Assembly (NCBI GenBank): GCA_964543385.1
Contig: CAZIYE010000001.1
Coordinates: forward strand, 240,001 to 272,000
Direction of reading: 5' to 3'
Length of the DNA: 32,000 nt
Origin: an uncultured Candidatus Saccharibacteria bacterium
Lineage (GTDB): Bacteria > Patescibacteriota > UBA1384 > XYA2-FULL-43-10 > 1-14-0-10-43-13
The position numbers and the translations under genes were made by a program. The notes below the pieces were generated by a model. It searched no databases. It saw only the letters and a program-made list of their open reading frames with translations, and was not told where the DNA came from. Within the stretch, counting starts at the first letter, position 1. Each line of letters opens with the position of its first letter. Below are positions 31,365 through 32,000 of the stretch, in pieces.

Positions 31365-31796
31365 TCACTCCAACTGATAAGAGGTGTAGCCCACCTCGGC
31401 GATACGGCGGGGAACGACGTCCCACGAGTTGGGACAGACAGTGCACTGGTAATGACCATTGCTGGTCATGATACCATTGTTCGCGCGACACTCAGTGCAG
31501 TACCTGTCGGTCAATCGGAACTTCTCACCATTTCCGATAGCATAGGCCGGGAAACGATGCCCGAAGATGTTGGGGAATACCGTTCCTCCGAAGAGACGGA
31601 CGTTGATGTGACCGTCACTGGTTTCTACGAAGGCGTCAGGGATGACCAGCATCCTGAGATGGCGATTGTGCATCCATGCATTAGTCATTACCAATTCCGG
31701 TATGTTAGGAAGACAGTCATTGAAACGCTCCCCAGAGCGAACGATGATCGAGCCGATCGGTTTGATACGGCTCTTAGGGCGGTGACGATTCGGCAT
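31365..31796 (-). CDS. hypothetical protein with a C-terminal zinc-ribbon (CxxC-x15-CxxC), 143 aa
   Basis: AAGGAG lies 7 nt upstream of ATG 31796. There is a strong C-ending codon bias in this frame: ATC x9 vs ATT 0, TTC x6 vs TTT 0, GAC x5 vs GAT 0, by my hand translation. Zinc ribbon: RYCTECRANNGIMTSNGHYQCTVCPNSW. About 55% G+C. Confidence 0.7.
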   Translation of the reverse strand: MPNRHRPKSRIKPIGSIIVRSGERFNDCLPNIPELVMTNAWMHNRHLRMLVIPDAFVETSDGHINVRLFGGTVFPNIFGHRFPAYAIGNGEKFRLTDRYCTECRANNGIMTSNGHYQCTVCPNSWDVVPRRIAEVGYTSYQLE

Positions 31797-31858
31797 AACA
31801 GGACTCCTTTGTCAGGGGATTTGACGAACAAATTCGTCTATATGAGGTATATAGCAAA

Positions 31859-31897
31859 ATAAGCAATAAATCAAGTTATGAGATAATTATTGCTTAT
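31859..31897. repeat. perfect 11-bp inverted repeat upstream of the 143-aa gene
   Basis: ataagcaataa (31859-31869), 17 nt, ttattgcttat (31887-31897). A second small IR, gacgaa caaa ttcgtc (31823-31838), lies in the leader. Confidence 0.55.
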
Positions 31898-32000
31898 GAC
31901 AATTCTTTATCGAGTTCACTAAATTTATTACCTGCCAAAAATTGGTTTGAGATTATCTGTGTTACTTCCTTGCCAAATCATTTAGGAATCTCAAAATTTC

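Noticed and set aside
31228-31491. 87-aa minus-strand ORF, and the N-terminal 33 codons of the 85-aa ORF (31361-31459)
   Set aside because: Both overlap the 3' end of the well-supported 143-aa gene in other frames. Their composition is Arg/Pro/Ser-rich and artefact-like, and they lack an SD. Only the SD-preceded internal start at 31360 was kept, at low confidence.
31263-31862. 199-aa plus-strand ORF covering the Zn-ribbon cassette
   Set aside because: It is the codon-aligned antisense (mirror) frame of the 143-aa minus-strand gene. It has a TTG start and no SD. Its codon choices (GAT, ATT, GTT) are simply the reverse complements of the NNC-biased minus frame. Long antisense ORFs are expected in locally GC-rich genes.
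1-32000. Search for CRISPR arrays, tRNA/rRNA genes, transposases, integrases and IS inverted repeats
   Set aside because: No regularly spaced 25-40-nt direct repeats were seen. The only tandem repeats are the 7-nt murD tract and the 10-nt MraZ boxes. I found no T-loop (GGTTCGAATCC-like) context outside coding sequence, no rRNA-like segments, and no DDE or tyrosine/serine recombinase motifs in any ORF.

Overview
This window looks like a chromosomal segment of a low-GC, gene-dense bacterium. Hand-counted 60-nt lines from typical genes give about 25-35% G+C, and almost all coding sequence is on the minus strand.

Core (22.7 kb down to 8.3 kb, minus strand): a tightly packed division/cell-wall (dcw) operon. 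Order: mraZ, a 336-nt non-coding gap where rsmH/mraW normally sits, ftsL-like, ftsI, murF, mraY, murD, ftsW, murG, murC, murB, ftsQ. It continues into recJ and a cytochrome-b5-domain membrane protein. murE, ddl and ftsA/ftsZ are not in the window. The mraZ promoter carries three GTGG direct repeats phased at exactly 10 nt, which look like MraZ boxes.

Right of the operon:
- glyQS
- a processive-type GT2 synthase, translationally coupled to a 37-aa single-TM peptide
- a divergent 881-aa secreted protein with four tandem ~158-aa carbohydrate-binding-like modules plus a CE4 deacetylase domain
- recO
- a GlmU-like uridyltransferase that lacks the acetyltransferase half

Left of the operon: an unknown membrane protein, msrB, an NMO/FabK-like flavoenzyme, an ABC-F ATPase with a terminator hairpin in its leader, a DenV-like glycosylase, an HD (SpoT-like) hydrolase, and several strongly SD-preceded ORFs below the 60-aa track cutoff.

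Three patches are compositional outliers at about 48-60% G+C in hand-counted lines. They are the NMO gene, a single-ORF GNAT plus amino-acid-kinase-like gene, and a cluster of four small unknown genes at 30.07-31.8 kb. All are bracketed by host-like AT-rich spacers and hairpin terminators.

Most interesting signals:
- the structured, GC-enriched ~233-nt element replacing rsmH
- the GT2 / micro-peptide / CBMx4-CE4 module
- the GNAT-kinase ORF behind a long leader with two terminators
- the GC-rich small-gene island

I found no rRNA, tRNA, CRISPR array, transposase or integrase. The compact gene content fits a reduced-genome lineage such as Patescibacteria/CPR, but that is inference I cannot verify here. 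All family calls rest on motifs I recognise by eye. No database search was run.
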